In this document: in pieces, positions 48,564 to 56,311 of the stretch
Numbering within the stretch: position 1 is the first letter of the stretch
How the letters are laid out: each line of letters opens with the position of its first letter
Source: Armatimonadota bacterium
Lineage (GTDB): Bacteria > Armatimonadota > SYMT01
Direction: 5' to 3'
Length of the DNA stretch: 64,000 nt
NCBI GenBank assembly: GCA_041690135.1
Contig: JAWLHY010000009.1
Location: forward strand, 32,001-96,000
The notes under the pieces: model-generated
What the model was told of the DNA's origin: nothing
The model's database searches: none
The model's input: only the letters and a program-made list of their open reading frames with translations
Program-made: the position numbers and the translations under genes

Positions 48564-49157
48564 CTAATCTTCTTCAGACGGAAGTGGGAGGCCGCGCGCT
48601 TTGAGTTCGGAGCTTGCCGGGAGTGGGAGGCTCGCAAGCTCGGCCCCGGGAGCCTCGGCAGGTAAGGGAAGGGTGTCGCTCGCGTCTGTCAGCGTCTGGA
48701 TCCGCTCTGCTAGTGCACGGAAGACCACCTTATGATCCCGGTGGACCCTGCCGGAAGCACACAGCTTCTCCAGATCCGGCAACAGTGCACGAAGTGCCGT
48801 GGGTTGTGGACCGTCGAGCAGGGTCAGTAGCGCTTGGGCGATCTCCAGACGAAAGGACAGGTCCGCGCTGAATAGCGGGATATTCGTTATGCGTTCAATC
48901 AGGTTCGGACCCGCTTTGCTTCCCACCATCTTCGATCGCCGCAGGAACTCCTGGCAGAGCACCGGGACAGAGGCCGGGCCGATCCTTGCGAGCGCTTCGA
49001 TCGTGCGACCTTCGAGATCGGGGATTTCTCCGCGAAGGACTCTCTCCAGAACGGGAATAGCAGCCGGATCGCGCAGCTTTCCCAGGGCGACGACCGCATT
49101 GGATCGATCGCTGTGATGTTTAGAGCGAAGGCGCTTCGCAAACGCGGCGACGGACAT
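48564..49157 (-). CDS. HEAT repeat protein, paralog 1
   Basis: RSNAVVALGKLRDPAAIPVL and EALARIGPASVPVL; triple LPLP tail. Confidence 0.8.
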   Translation of the reverse strand: MSVAAFAKRLRSKHHSDRSNAVVALGKLRDPAAIPVLERVLRGEIPDLEGRTIEALARIGPASVPVLCQEFLRRSKMVGSKAGPNLIERITNIPLFSADLSFRLEIAQALLTLLDGPQPTALRALLPDLEKLCASGRVHRDHKVVFRALAERIQTLTDASDTLPLPAEAPGAELASLPLPASSELKARGLPLPSEED

Positions 49158-49187
49158 AGTTCTGCCAGCTACCAGGACGGCTAGTGA

Positions 49188-50756
49188 TCATCGCAGCCGG
49201 ACCACCGGTTCGTTGATACGGAGCGGCTGCTTGCGGACCAGGTCCTCCACCGTCGTGCAGAGCCAGCGGTCGCTGTTGATGTGATAGGTCACGCGCAAGC
49301 GGGGCGAGGTGCCGCGACCGATTGGCCGCAACGGGAGCGGGGCATCCGCCGGGTTCAGCTCCACGACCTGGGCCTTTTCCATTGCGTTGTCCGGGCGCGG
49401 CGCCCAGTACCGGTTGCCGTTGGGCCTCGGCTCCCACGCCACGGGCGCCTGCCCAAGCCGGCCGACCTCGCATACGGAGATGCGGACCTCCTCCATGGAA
49501 GGGTAGTCCGCGTAGTAGCGGACCGCAAAGTTGGGAGCGGTGGGGTAGCGGGTACGGCGCGGCACCAGGAGCTCATATTCCGGAGTGTGGGTCCGCTCGT
49601 TCTGCACCGCAACCGCATAGTCGTGGTAGATGAAGTCGTCCACGGCCACCCCGCCCGCGTAGCGCGCCGCTCCCAACGCGACGGACGTGAACACATAAGC
49701 CGGGTCGTGCCGCACGACCGCCTTGGGGAAGGCGTCGTCCACCACGGCCGGGATCTCGGGTAACTGGGTGGAGCCTCCGGTCAGGAGCACCTCGTCGACC
49801 CCGCCGGCCAGGGGGTCCTCCTCGAGCTGGCGTTTGATATCCTGGAGGGCGATGCGAAGTTGCTCGTAGAGCCCTCGCTCCGACAGCACTTTCACCAGGT
49901 CGGCCCGCGTCAACTCCGCGCGGAACCCTCCCCAGCGGAACTCCGCCTTACCTTCCCGGCTGGCGCGCTCCTTGGCGAACATCGCCTCCCAGCGGAGGTC
50001 GCGCTGCCACTCGGGGATGTCACGGACTTCGCCGGGGACGAAATACTCCATCAGCCACCGGTCGACCTGGTCTCCCCCGATATTGACCATGTGCTTGGCC
50101 AGTACGGGCGCGCCGCCGGTGTGCGCCGCCTGGGGACCCAACCGAACGGCGGCCAGGTTCAGCGTGCCACCGCCGAAATCCACGACCAGGAGGGTTTCTT
50201 CCCGCGCGATGTTGACCCCGTATCCCAGTCCGGCCGCGACCGGCTCATCGAGCGATCGGAACCGTTTGATGCCCACGTCCCGGGCCAGGGACTGGAGCTC
50301 CGCCCGGTAATGCTCGAAATAGCCGACCGGCGCGGGGATGGTGAGGTCGGTGATCTTCGTTTGGAACTGCTTTCCCGCCGCGCGCACCAATTCCCGCAGG
50401 AAAAGGTGCGTTACCTCCCGGACGGAAAGCTCCTGGGATCCGACCTTGAGGATTGGCCGGTGTGGCTCGTCGGCGAGGCGGGGCTTGAAGCTCTGGGCGA
50501 AAGCGGGTGAGCGGCCGTCGAAGTTTCGGCTGAGAGCCTGCTGACCAATCAACACCTTGCGCACCCGTCGCCGGAAAAAGTACAGGAACCGCTGCCACTC
50601 CTCGGTAATGTGAACGGCCGAGGGCACAAGTGGCGATTGGTCGGTGGGCAGCGTCCGCCCCAGGTTCGGGAGATGAACCACGCGCACGCTGCCGTCTTCC
50701 GCCAGGGCGACGACGCTGTTCGTGGTCCCGAGATCAACAGCCCACTGTTCAGGCAT
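49188..50756 (-). CDS. Atypical Hsp70-family ATPase
   Basis: AVDLGTTNS, LDEPVAA, VVDFGGGT, IGGDQVD, LLTGGSTQLP and SVALGAA; short non-canonical C-terminal domain. Confidence 0.9.
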   Translation of the reverse strand: MPEQWAVDLGTTNSVVALAEDGSVRVVHLPNLGRTLPTDQSPLVPSAVHITEEWQRFLYFFRRRVRKVLIGQQALSRNFDGRSPAFAQSFKPRLADEPHRPILKVGSQELSVREVTHLFLRELVRAAGKQFQTKITDLTIPAPVGYFEHYRAELQSLARDVGIKRFRSLDEPVAAGLGYGVNIAREETLLVVDFGGGTLNLAAVRLGPQAAHTGGAPVLAKHMVNIGGDQVDRWLMEYFVPGEVRDIPEWQRDLRWEAMFAKERASREGKAEFRWGGFRAELTRADLVKVLSERGLYEQLRIALQDIKRQLEEDPLAGGVDEVLLTGGSTQLPEIPAVVDDAFPKAVVRHDPAYVFTSVALGAARYAGGVAVDDFIYHDYAVAVQNERTHTPEYELLVPRRTRYPTAPNFAVRYYADYPSMEEVRISVCEVGRLGQAPVAWEPRPNGNRYWAPRPDNAMEKAQVVELNPADAPLPLRPIGRGTSPRLRVTYHINSDRWLCTTVEDLVRKQPLRINEPVVRLR

Positions 50757-50761
50757 GAATC

Positions 50762-51412
50762 CTACTTCCGGTCAAACGTAACGGTTAGAGCGTAAACGTC
50801 CGCGGCGCCCGCCATCCGCAGCACGGCCGCGCACTCCGAGAGCGTGGTGCCGGTCGTCCGCACGTCGTCAACGAGCACGAGACGTGCGCCGTGCACCTTG
50901 TGCCGCGGAGTAAGTTCGAACGCACCCCGCAGATTCTCCTCGCGCTCGGCCGCGGAAAGCCCGACCTGGTGCGGCGTGGCGCGGGTGCGACGCAGGGCCT
51001 TCCACACCGGTAGGTCGGCATGTCGACCCGTGGCGTGGGCAAGAAACTCGGACTGGTTGAAGCCCCGCTCGAGAAGACGCCTCCAGTGGATAGGAACGGG
51101 CACCAGCGCGTTTGGTTGCCATTCGGAAAGCAGCGCACGCAGTTCTTCTGAGAGCAACCGGGCCAGCGGTTCCACCAGGGCCACCTGCTGACCGAACTTC
51201 AGCCGCAGCACCGCCCGGCGCAGGCTTTCCTCATGGTAACCCACGCTCCTCACCGCCGTGATTCCCAGCGGTAGCACGCCCGCTTCTTCCACCGGCCGGA
51301 TCTCTGCCCTGCACGCCGCGCAGTACGTCTCCGCCAGCGCCCCACACGTCAGGCACTTCGGCGGAAAGAGCATATCAAGGGTGCCGTTACCGAGCTTGCG
51401 TAGGAGGTCCAT
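50762..51412 (-). CDS. comF: ComF family protein (double zinc ribbon plus phosphoribosyltransferase)
   Basis: LFPPKCLTC...CAAC, VPVPIH, RGFNQS and LVDDVRTTGTT. Confidence 0.92.
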   Translation of the reverse strand: MDLLRKLGNGTLDMLFPPKCLTCGALAETYCAACRAEIRPVEEAGVLPLGITAVRSVGYHEESLRRAVLRLKFGQQVALVEPLARLLSEELRALLSEWQPNALVPVPIHWRRLLERGFNQSEFLAHATGRHADLPVWKALRRTRATPHQVGLSAAEREENLRGAFELTPRHKVHGARLVLVDDVRTTGTTLSECAAVLRMAGAADVYALTVTFDRK

Positions 51413-51772
51413 CGTCGGGATAGCTCACGCCAAGAAGGTCGGAGAAGGGCAGGAAATCTCTCGCAAAGGTTTACGCCCCGTGGGGGTGCGCAAAGCCGCC
51501 AAGAGGGGACCGAAGGGGAGAGAAAGCTTCTTTGCAACGAATTGCAGAACGCTAGTGCATAGGCGCTGGAGCTGAATTTCAAGTTCCGACATGCAACTGG
51601 AAATCGCGAGATGAGGCACGGTAAAAGCATGTCTTCGGGGCCCCGAATTCAATAGGCGCCGCTTTTCCAGGCGACTAGGGAACAGGGTAACCTCGCGTAC
51701 ACCGGGTCCTATTACCTTCCTTCCCTTCTTCTTTGCGGCTCTGCGGCTTTGCGCGAGATTCGGTCCCTCCCT

Positions 51773-52741
51773 TCAGGCAAGCGGCTTGCCGGCTCCGTCT
51801 TGCACCGCCCGCTCGTAGACCAGCGCGGCCAGGGCGATGTCTTCCAGGGCGATGCCGTGCGACTTGAACAGCGTGATCTGTTCGTTATCGGTGCGGCCGG
51901 GGTGCTTCCCGGCGGCGATCTGGCCTAACTCCACAAGCCCCTCGGGGTACAGGACTCCCTTCTGGAGTGGGGCGAGCAGATCGCCGCCTTCCAGGGGCAC
52001 GGCGGCCAGGCTGTCGACGGTGACCAGGGACGCGCGGGAAACGGTGACGTCGTCGATTTCTCGTTTCAGCAGTGAGTTCGATCCCGCGGCGTTCACGTGC
52101 GTTCCCGGAACCAGCAGGTTGCCGTCGAACACGGGGCGAGTGGAACTGGTGATGGTGGTGACGATGGTGGCCCCATCCAGCGCTGCTTCCGGGCTCTCCA
52201 CCGGAAGCACCCACAACCCCAGGCAGGCAGCCAGTTCTTCACAGAACAGCCGGCGCCGCTCCGGGTCGCGCCCGTAGACCCGCACCTCTTGCAGGTCACA
52301 AGACCGTCCCAGGGCTTCCACCTGCGTCCGCGCCTGGTAGCCGGTGCCGAACACCGCCGCTACCGAGGCATCCTTTCGGGCCAGGAGGCGCGTGGCGACC
52401 CCGGAGGCCGCGCCGGTGCGGAGTTGGCCCAGCCGGTCCGCCTCCAGCATCGCCAGCAGCGACCCGTCTTCCGCGCTGTAGAGGAGCACGTGGAAGCGCG
52501 CTTTGCCCTTGAACGTGGTGTAGCTCTTCAATCCCACCACGCCGGGATGACCGTCCCCGCCGCCCTGCGGGTCCGCCGCGAACATCACGTGCAGCATCCC
52601 ATTCGGCGCCCGCACGCGCCGCCGCGGCTCCGTGGTGGCCGCACCCTCGCCCAGGCGCCGGAACGCTGCCTCCACCACGCGCAGCGCATCCGTCATCCGC
52701 ACCAGCCGGTCCACTTCCTCTTCCGTAATATACAGCGGCAC
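51773..52741 (-). CDS. Ornithine cyclodeaminase / mu-crystallin family protein
   Basis: LRTGAASGVAT, GTGYQARTQ, HVNAAGSN and LFKSHGIALED. Confidence 0.92.
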   Translation of the reverse strand: MPLYITEEEVDRLVRMTDALRVVEAAFRRLGEGAATTEPRRRVRAPNGMLHVMFAADPQGGGDGHPGVVGLKSYTTFKGKARFHVLLYSAEDGSLLAMLEADRLGQLRTGAASGVATRLLARKDASVAAVFGTGYQARTQVEALGRSCDLQEVRVYGRDPERRRLFCEELAACLGLWVLPVESPEAALDGATIVTTITSSTRPVFDGNLLVPGTHVNAAGSNSLLKREIDDVTVSRASLVTVDSLAAVPLEGGDLLAPLQKGVLYPEGLVELGQIAAGKHPGRTDNEQITLFKSHGIALEDIALAALVYERAVQDGAGKPLA

Positions 52742-52928
52742 CAAAGACCCTCCTGATTCTCGCGACACCCTGGCGGGTGCCTATTCTTTCGTGTCCTTCG
52801 CCCTTTCGCGATTTCGCGTTGGCCTCGCTTCACTCCTGCGAAGGGAAGGGCTGGATGGTAGAAAACAAACCTCGTCCGTGCCATACTCATGGCCAGATGG
52901 CAGGGAGACAAGGTAGAGAGGCAAGCCC

Positions 52929-53831
52929 ATGTTGAACACCCGGATTCTCGCGGAGCGCGGCTACCACAAGCCCCCGAAATGGCTGCCCGAAGTGATCCAG
53001 TACGAAACCCAGATGGGCTCCGTCGCCTACGGGGTCTCCAGCGACAGCAGCGACGTCGACCTGTACGGTTTCGCCATTCCGCCCAAGGACCTGATTTTTC
53101 CGCACCTGGCGGGCGAAATTCCCGGGTTCGGGCGACAGGTCAAGCGGTTCGAGCAGTACCAGCAGCATCATATCCAGTCGCCGGACGAGCTGGGCGGCAA
53201 GGGGCGCGTCTACGACGTCACGATCTTCTCCATCGTCAAGTTCTTCCAACTGGCCATGGAAAACAACCCGAACATGGTGGATGCCATGTTCACCCCGCAG
53301 ACCTGCGTCCTCACCTGCACGAAGGTCGGCACCATGGTCCGCGAGAACCGGCGAATGTTCCTGCACAAGGGGAGCTGGCACAAGTTCAAGGGCTATGCCT
53401 ACGGCCAGAAGAACAAGATGTTCACCAAGACCCCGACCGAAGGCTCCAACCGCCGCGACGACTACGAAAAGTACGGCTTCGACCTGAAAGCCGGGTACCA
53501 CTGCGTGCGGCTGATGCTGCAGGTGGAGCAGATCCTGGTGGAAGGGGATCTCGACCTGATGCGGCACAGGGAGCAGCTTAAAGCGATCCGCGCCGGCGAC
53601 TGGACCGCGGAGCAGATCGCCCAGTTCTTTCAGGAGAAGGAGAAGTCCCTCGAAGCGCTCTACGTGAACAGTCCCCTCCGCCACAGCCCGGACGAGGCGC
53701 AGATCAAGGAACTGTTGCTCCAGTGCCTGGAGGAGCACTACGGCTCCCTGCGCGGCATGGTGGAAACCCCCGACCGTGCCGTCGAGACTCTCCGCCGGAT
53801 CAAGGAACTCTGCGAGGAAGCTGGAGTCTGA
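52929..53831 (+). CDS. Pol-beta superfamily nucleotidyltransferase (PF10127 / RlaP-like)
   Basis: GSVAYGVSSDSSDVD (GS...DxD), NNPN, GYAYGQ and K.GYHCVRL. Confidence 0.85.
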   Translation: MLNTRILAERGYHKPPKWLPEVIQYETQMGSVAYGVSSDSSDVDLYGFAIPPKDLIFPHLAGEIPGFGRQVKRFEQYQQHHIQSPDELGGKGRVYDVTIFSIVKFFQLAMENNPNMVDAMFTPQTCVLTCTKVGTMVRENRRMFLHKGSWHKFKGYAYGQKNKMFTKTPTEGSNRRDDYEKYGFDLKAGYHCVRLMLQVEQILVEGDLDLMRHREQLKAIRAGDWTAEQIAQFFQEKEKSLEALYVNSPLRHSPDEAQIKELLLQCLEEHYGSLRGMVETPDRAVETLRRIKELCEEAGV

Positions 53832-53894
53832 ATGGTGCATCCGGTAAGTGGCGATCAGATTCGCACGTTACCGGAACAAGCCTGGTGGAGTGGG

Positions 53895-54113
53895 TCGGGT
53901 CCAGACCGACGAGCCTCAGAAGGCGGCACCCGTAGGGAACGTCTCGCCGCAGCGTTCCGCCGTCCTGGGGCTGATCCCGTCCTGACTACTCGTAACTGTC
54001 CTGGTTTAGGATTGGACCGGTTTGGCGCAACGGGATCAAACTCGGTGCCTGCGGAATGGAACGGCGTCACATTCCCTACCGCCCCCGTCTCGCAGGGCAC
54101 GTCGTTGGACCGA
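53895..54113 (+). ncRNA. Candidate ~220-nt rod-like structured RNA or degenerate palindromic element
   Basis: Nested collinear stems: TCCA/TGGA, CGACG/CGTCG, GTAGGGAA/TTCCCTAC, CGCCG/CGGCG, CGTTCCGC/GCGGAATG and TGATCCCGT/ACGGGATCA. Confidence 0.4.
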
Positions 54114-54277
54114 AACACTTTCACGGTGGCAGCGATATCGCACACGAAAATCCGCACTCCACTTGCACTCACCCCTTAGCTCGTCGGTCGAGAGTAAGAC
54201 CGTTCTGCCAGGAGGGGACGCAATATCGTCTGCGGAACGTAACGCGGGGTACGTAGTGTGTCCGCGGGAGGCAGACA

Positions 54278-56080
54278 ATGCGTTTTCACCGTGGGGGTGG
54301 AAGGTGGCTTGCCGGTCCGGTACTGGCATTGCTGGTTGTTGTGCAACCACACGTGGAGGCACAGTCCGGTAAGAACGCGGCGGCACGCGCTCGGACCGTC
54401 GCTGCCGCGCTGGCGAAGTTGCAGGTGGCCGAGGGGCTTCGCGAGGCGGAGCAGGCTGTTGCGGCCCATCCGGAAAGCGGTCTCCTCCAGTTGCGCCTGG
54501 CCCAGGCGCAAGTTTGCGCGGCCCTGGACGCCGATGAACGACTGGGGCAGGTCGTGGACAACCTGGGCCTCCACCAGGGTCTCCAGCGCGGCCTCTCCAT
54601 GCTGCGGCAGGGCGGGCAGGGACCCCTCGACGGAAAGCCGGATGCAGTGGAAGCGGCACGGAAGGCCATCGAGGCAAATGCGCGCGAGATCCTGACGGAA
54701 GTGACCCTGAACGCCGTGGACCGGTTTCAGACGCAGGTTCGCCGGCAGGTTGCGGAGAGTGGTCCCCTGGTGGAGCGCCGGAACGGTCTGCTGGCGGATG
54801 CACTGGAGACTCTGAAAAGTGCTCGGAGACTGGGTGAGGACTCGACAGAACTCGCGCTCACCGATCTCTGGGTCCGGGTGGTCTGGCTGCTCTGGCGTGC
54901 GGAGCGGCCGGTTGTCACTGCGCATCTGGAGAAACTGGCCGCCGAGCGTCCCGTGGAAGGGCTGAATGCCTTTGCCGCCGGGCTTTCCCTGGCGAGCCTG
55001 GAAGGCGCACTGGGCGGAAAGTCGCAAAACTCCGCGGAAGTGGTGTTGAAGGCGGCTCTCCATCTCGCGGACCACCGGAAGGATGACCCGGCCGCGCTGG
55101 CCGGCGCCGCGGATATCCTTTCGGTCGTGGCCGGCATTCGGGGCGACCGGGATCCCCTCCAGCAGTACATCCTGTCCCGGCTTAACGGGCGCTACCTCGA
55201 CCGGCAGACGCAGTTGCGGGTCGGCCAGGAGAACGGGGCGGAGGCGGCGCGGCGGCTGTATGAGCAGGCAACCGGCGAGGGCGACGTGGAGGGCACGAAG
55301 GCGCCCACGGTGGCTGCCTTCCGGCTGTACGAACGAGCCCTCAAATCGGACCGCGACGGGAAGCTGCCGTATCTCCGGGTTCGCCTCTTCCTGCTCCGCG
55401 CGGCGTTCGACCCGAACCGCGCGGAAGAATTGCTCCAAGGGCTGGCCCGACGGGAGCCGCGTAACGCGGAAGTTCCCCTGGAACGCGCCCGGGTCGCCCT
55501 GCGGCTGGAGAACAACCTCCCGCAGGCCGTAGCCTACTGCCGGGAAGCGGGACGTCTGGCCGACTTTCGGCGCTCTTACCTGGTGAGTGTGCCCGAATCG
55601 CTGCGCCCGGCGCTCAAATTCCATCGCGGCGTCCGGGACCTGGTGAAGCGGGGTTGGCCGGATTACTCCGGCCTGTTCACCTCACTGCGAGAGGTGCAAA
55701 CGGCAGCGCCGAATCCCGAGGCGCGCCTCGAACTCCGAATGCTGCGCCTGCATCTCGCCGAACGGTTGTGCGGCGCCGACGACTACCCGGACCAGGCCTT
55801 CGGCATCCATGAAAAGGCGGGAGTGCTGGATGAGCTCGGCAACGGGCGAGAGCCGCTCTCGCCGGAGCAGCGGCTCCGGGTGGAAGTCCTGAAGCGGGAG
55901 CACGAGCGGGCGTACGCCACATTTCCGCGCCAGCATACCCGAATCGAACTCAGTGGCGAAGGCGTCGAGTACCGGAGCGTGCCGGCCCTGACGACCTCGA
56001 GCGGTCGGAAGAGCGGCGCGCGGATGTCTATTTCCGCGAACGGAATGCTGTCCATGGGGCTCAAGTTTTCCGGCCAGTAA
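54278..56080 (+). CDS. Hypothetical secreted alpha-helical (TPR-like) protein
   Basis: GGAGG RBS, signal peptide, Ala/Leu/Arg-rich helical repeats. Confidence 0.7.
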   Translation: MRFHRGGGRWLAGPVLALLVVVQPHVEAQSGKNAAARARTVAAALAKLQVAEGLREAEQAVAAHPESGLLQLRLAQAQVCAALDADERLGQVVDNLGLHQGLQRGLSMLRQGGQGPLDGKPDAVEAARKAIEANAREILTEVTLNAVDRFQTQVRRQVAESGPLVERRNGLLADALETLKSARRLGEDSTELALTDLWVRVVWLLWRAERPVVTAHLEKLAAERPVEGLNAFAAGLSLASLEGALGGKSQNSAEVVLKAALHLADHRKDDPAALAGAADILSVVAGIRGDRDPLQQYILSRLNGRYLDRQTQLRVGQENGAEAARRLYEQATGEGDVEGTKAPTVAAFRLYERALKSDRDGKLPYLRVRLFLLRAAFDPNRAEELLQGLARREPRNAEVPLERARVALRLENNLPQAVAYCREAGRLADFRRSYLVSVPESLRPALKFHRGVRDLVKRGWPDYSGLFTSLREVQTAAPNPEARLELRMLRLHLAERLCGADDYPDQAFGIHEKAGVLDELGNGREPLSPEQRLRVEVLKREHERAYATFPRQHTRIELSGEGVEYRSVPALTTSSGRKSGARMSISANGMLSMGLKFSGQ

Positions 56081-56311
56081 GGTAGGCGCGAGCCCGTCGA
56101 TCGAGCGGGATTCGGACGACGCAGTCCGACCTGGACATCGATGGGCCGTTCATGGACCTCGAGAAACCTGGCGCCTTCAGTTTCGTTCCCCCGCGGATCA
56201 AACGACGGTCCCAATAGCGGCCATGGCTCTCCCAACCCAACCATTGGTCGAGAAGGGGAAGCGTTCGGCTTCCCGAACGGAGTAACTGAAAGTGAAATTG
56301 GGAGAGTGAAG

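Noticed and set aside
51533-51546. TGCAA-N4-TTGCA palindrome upstream of comF
   Set aside because: Too short to distinguish from chance without comparative data.
13776-53831. RNA-repair system made of Thg1-like, ADP-ribosylglycohydrolase and RlaP-like genes
   Set aside because: The genes are 15-25 kb apart in unrelated contexts and Thg1 is broken; no evidence of linkage.
54190-54277. c-di-GMP-I riboswitch suggested by GGGACGCAA
   Set aside because: The upstream GCAAA element, GNRA-capped P2 stem and matching P3 stem are not present.
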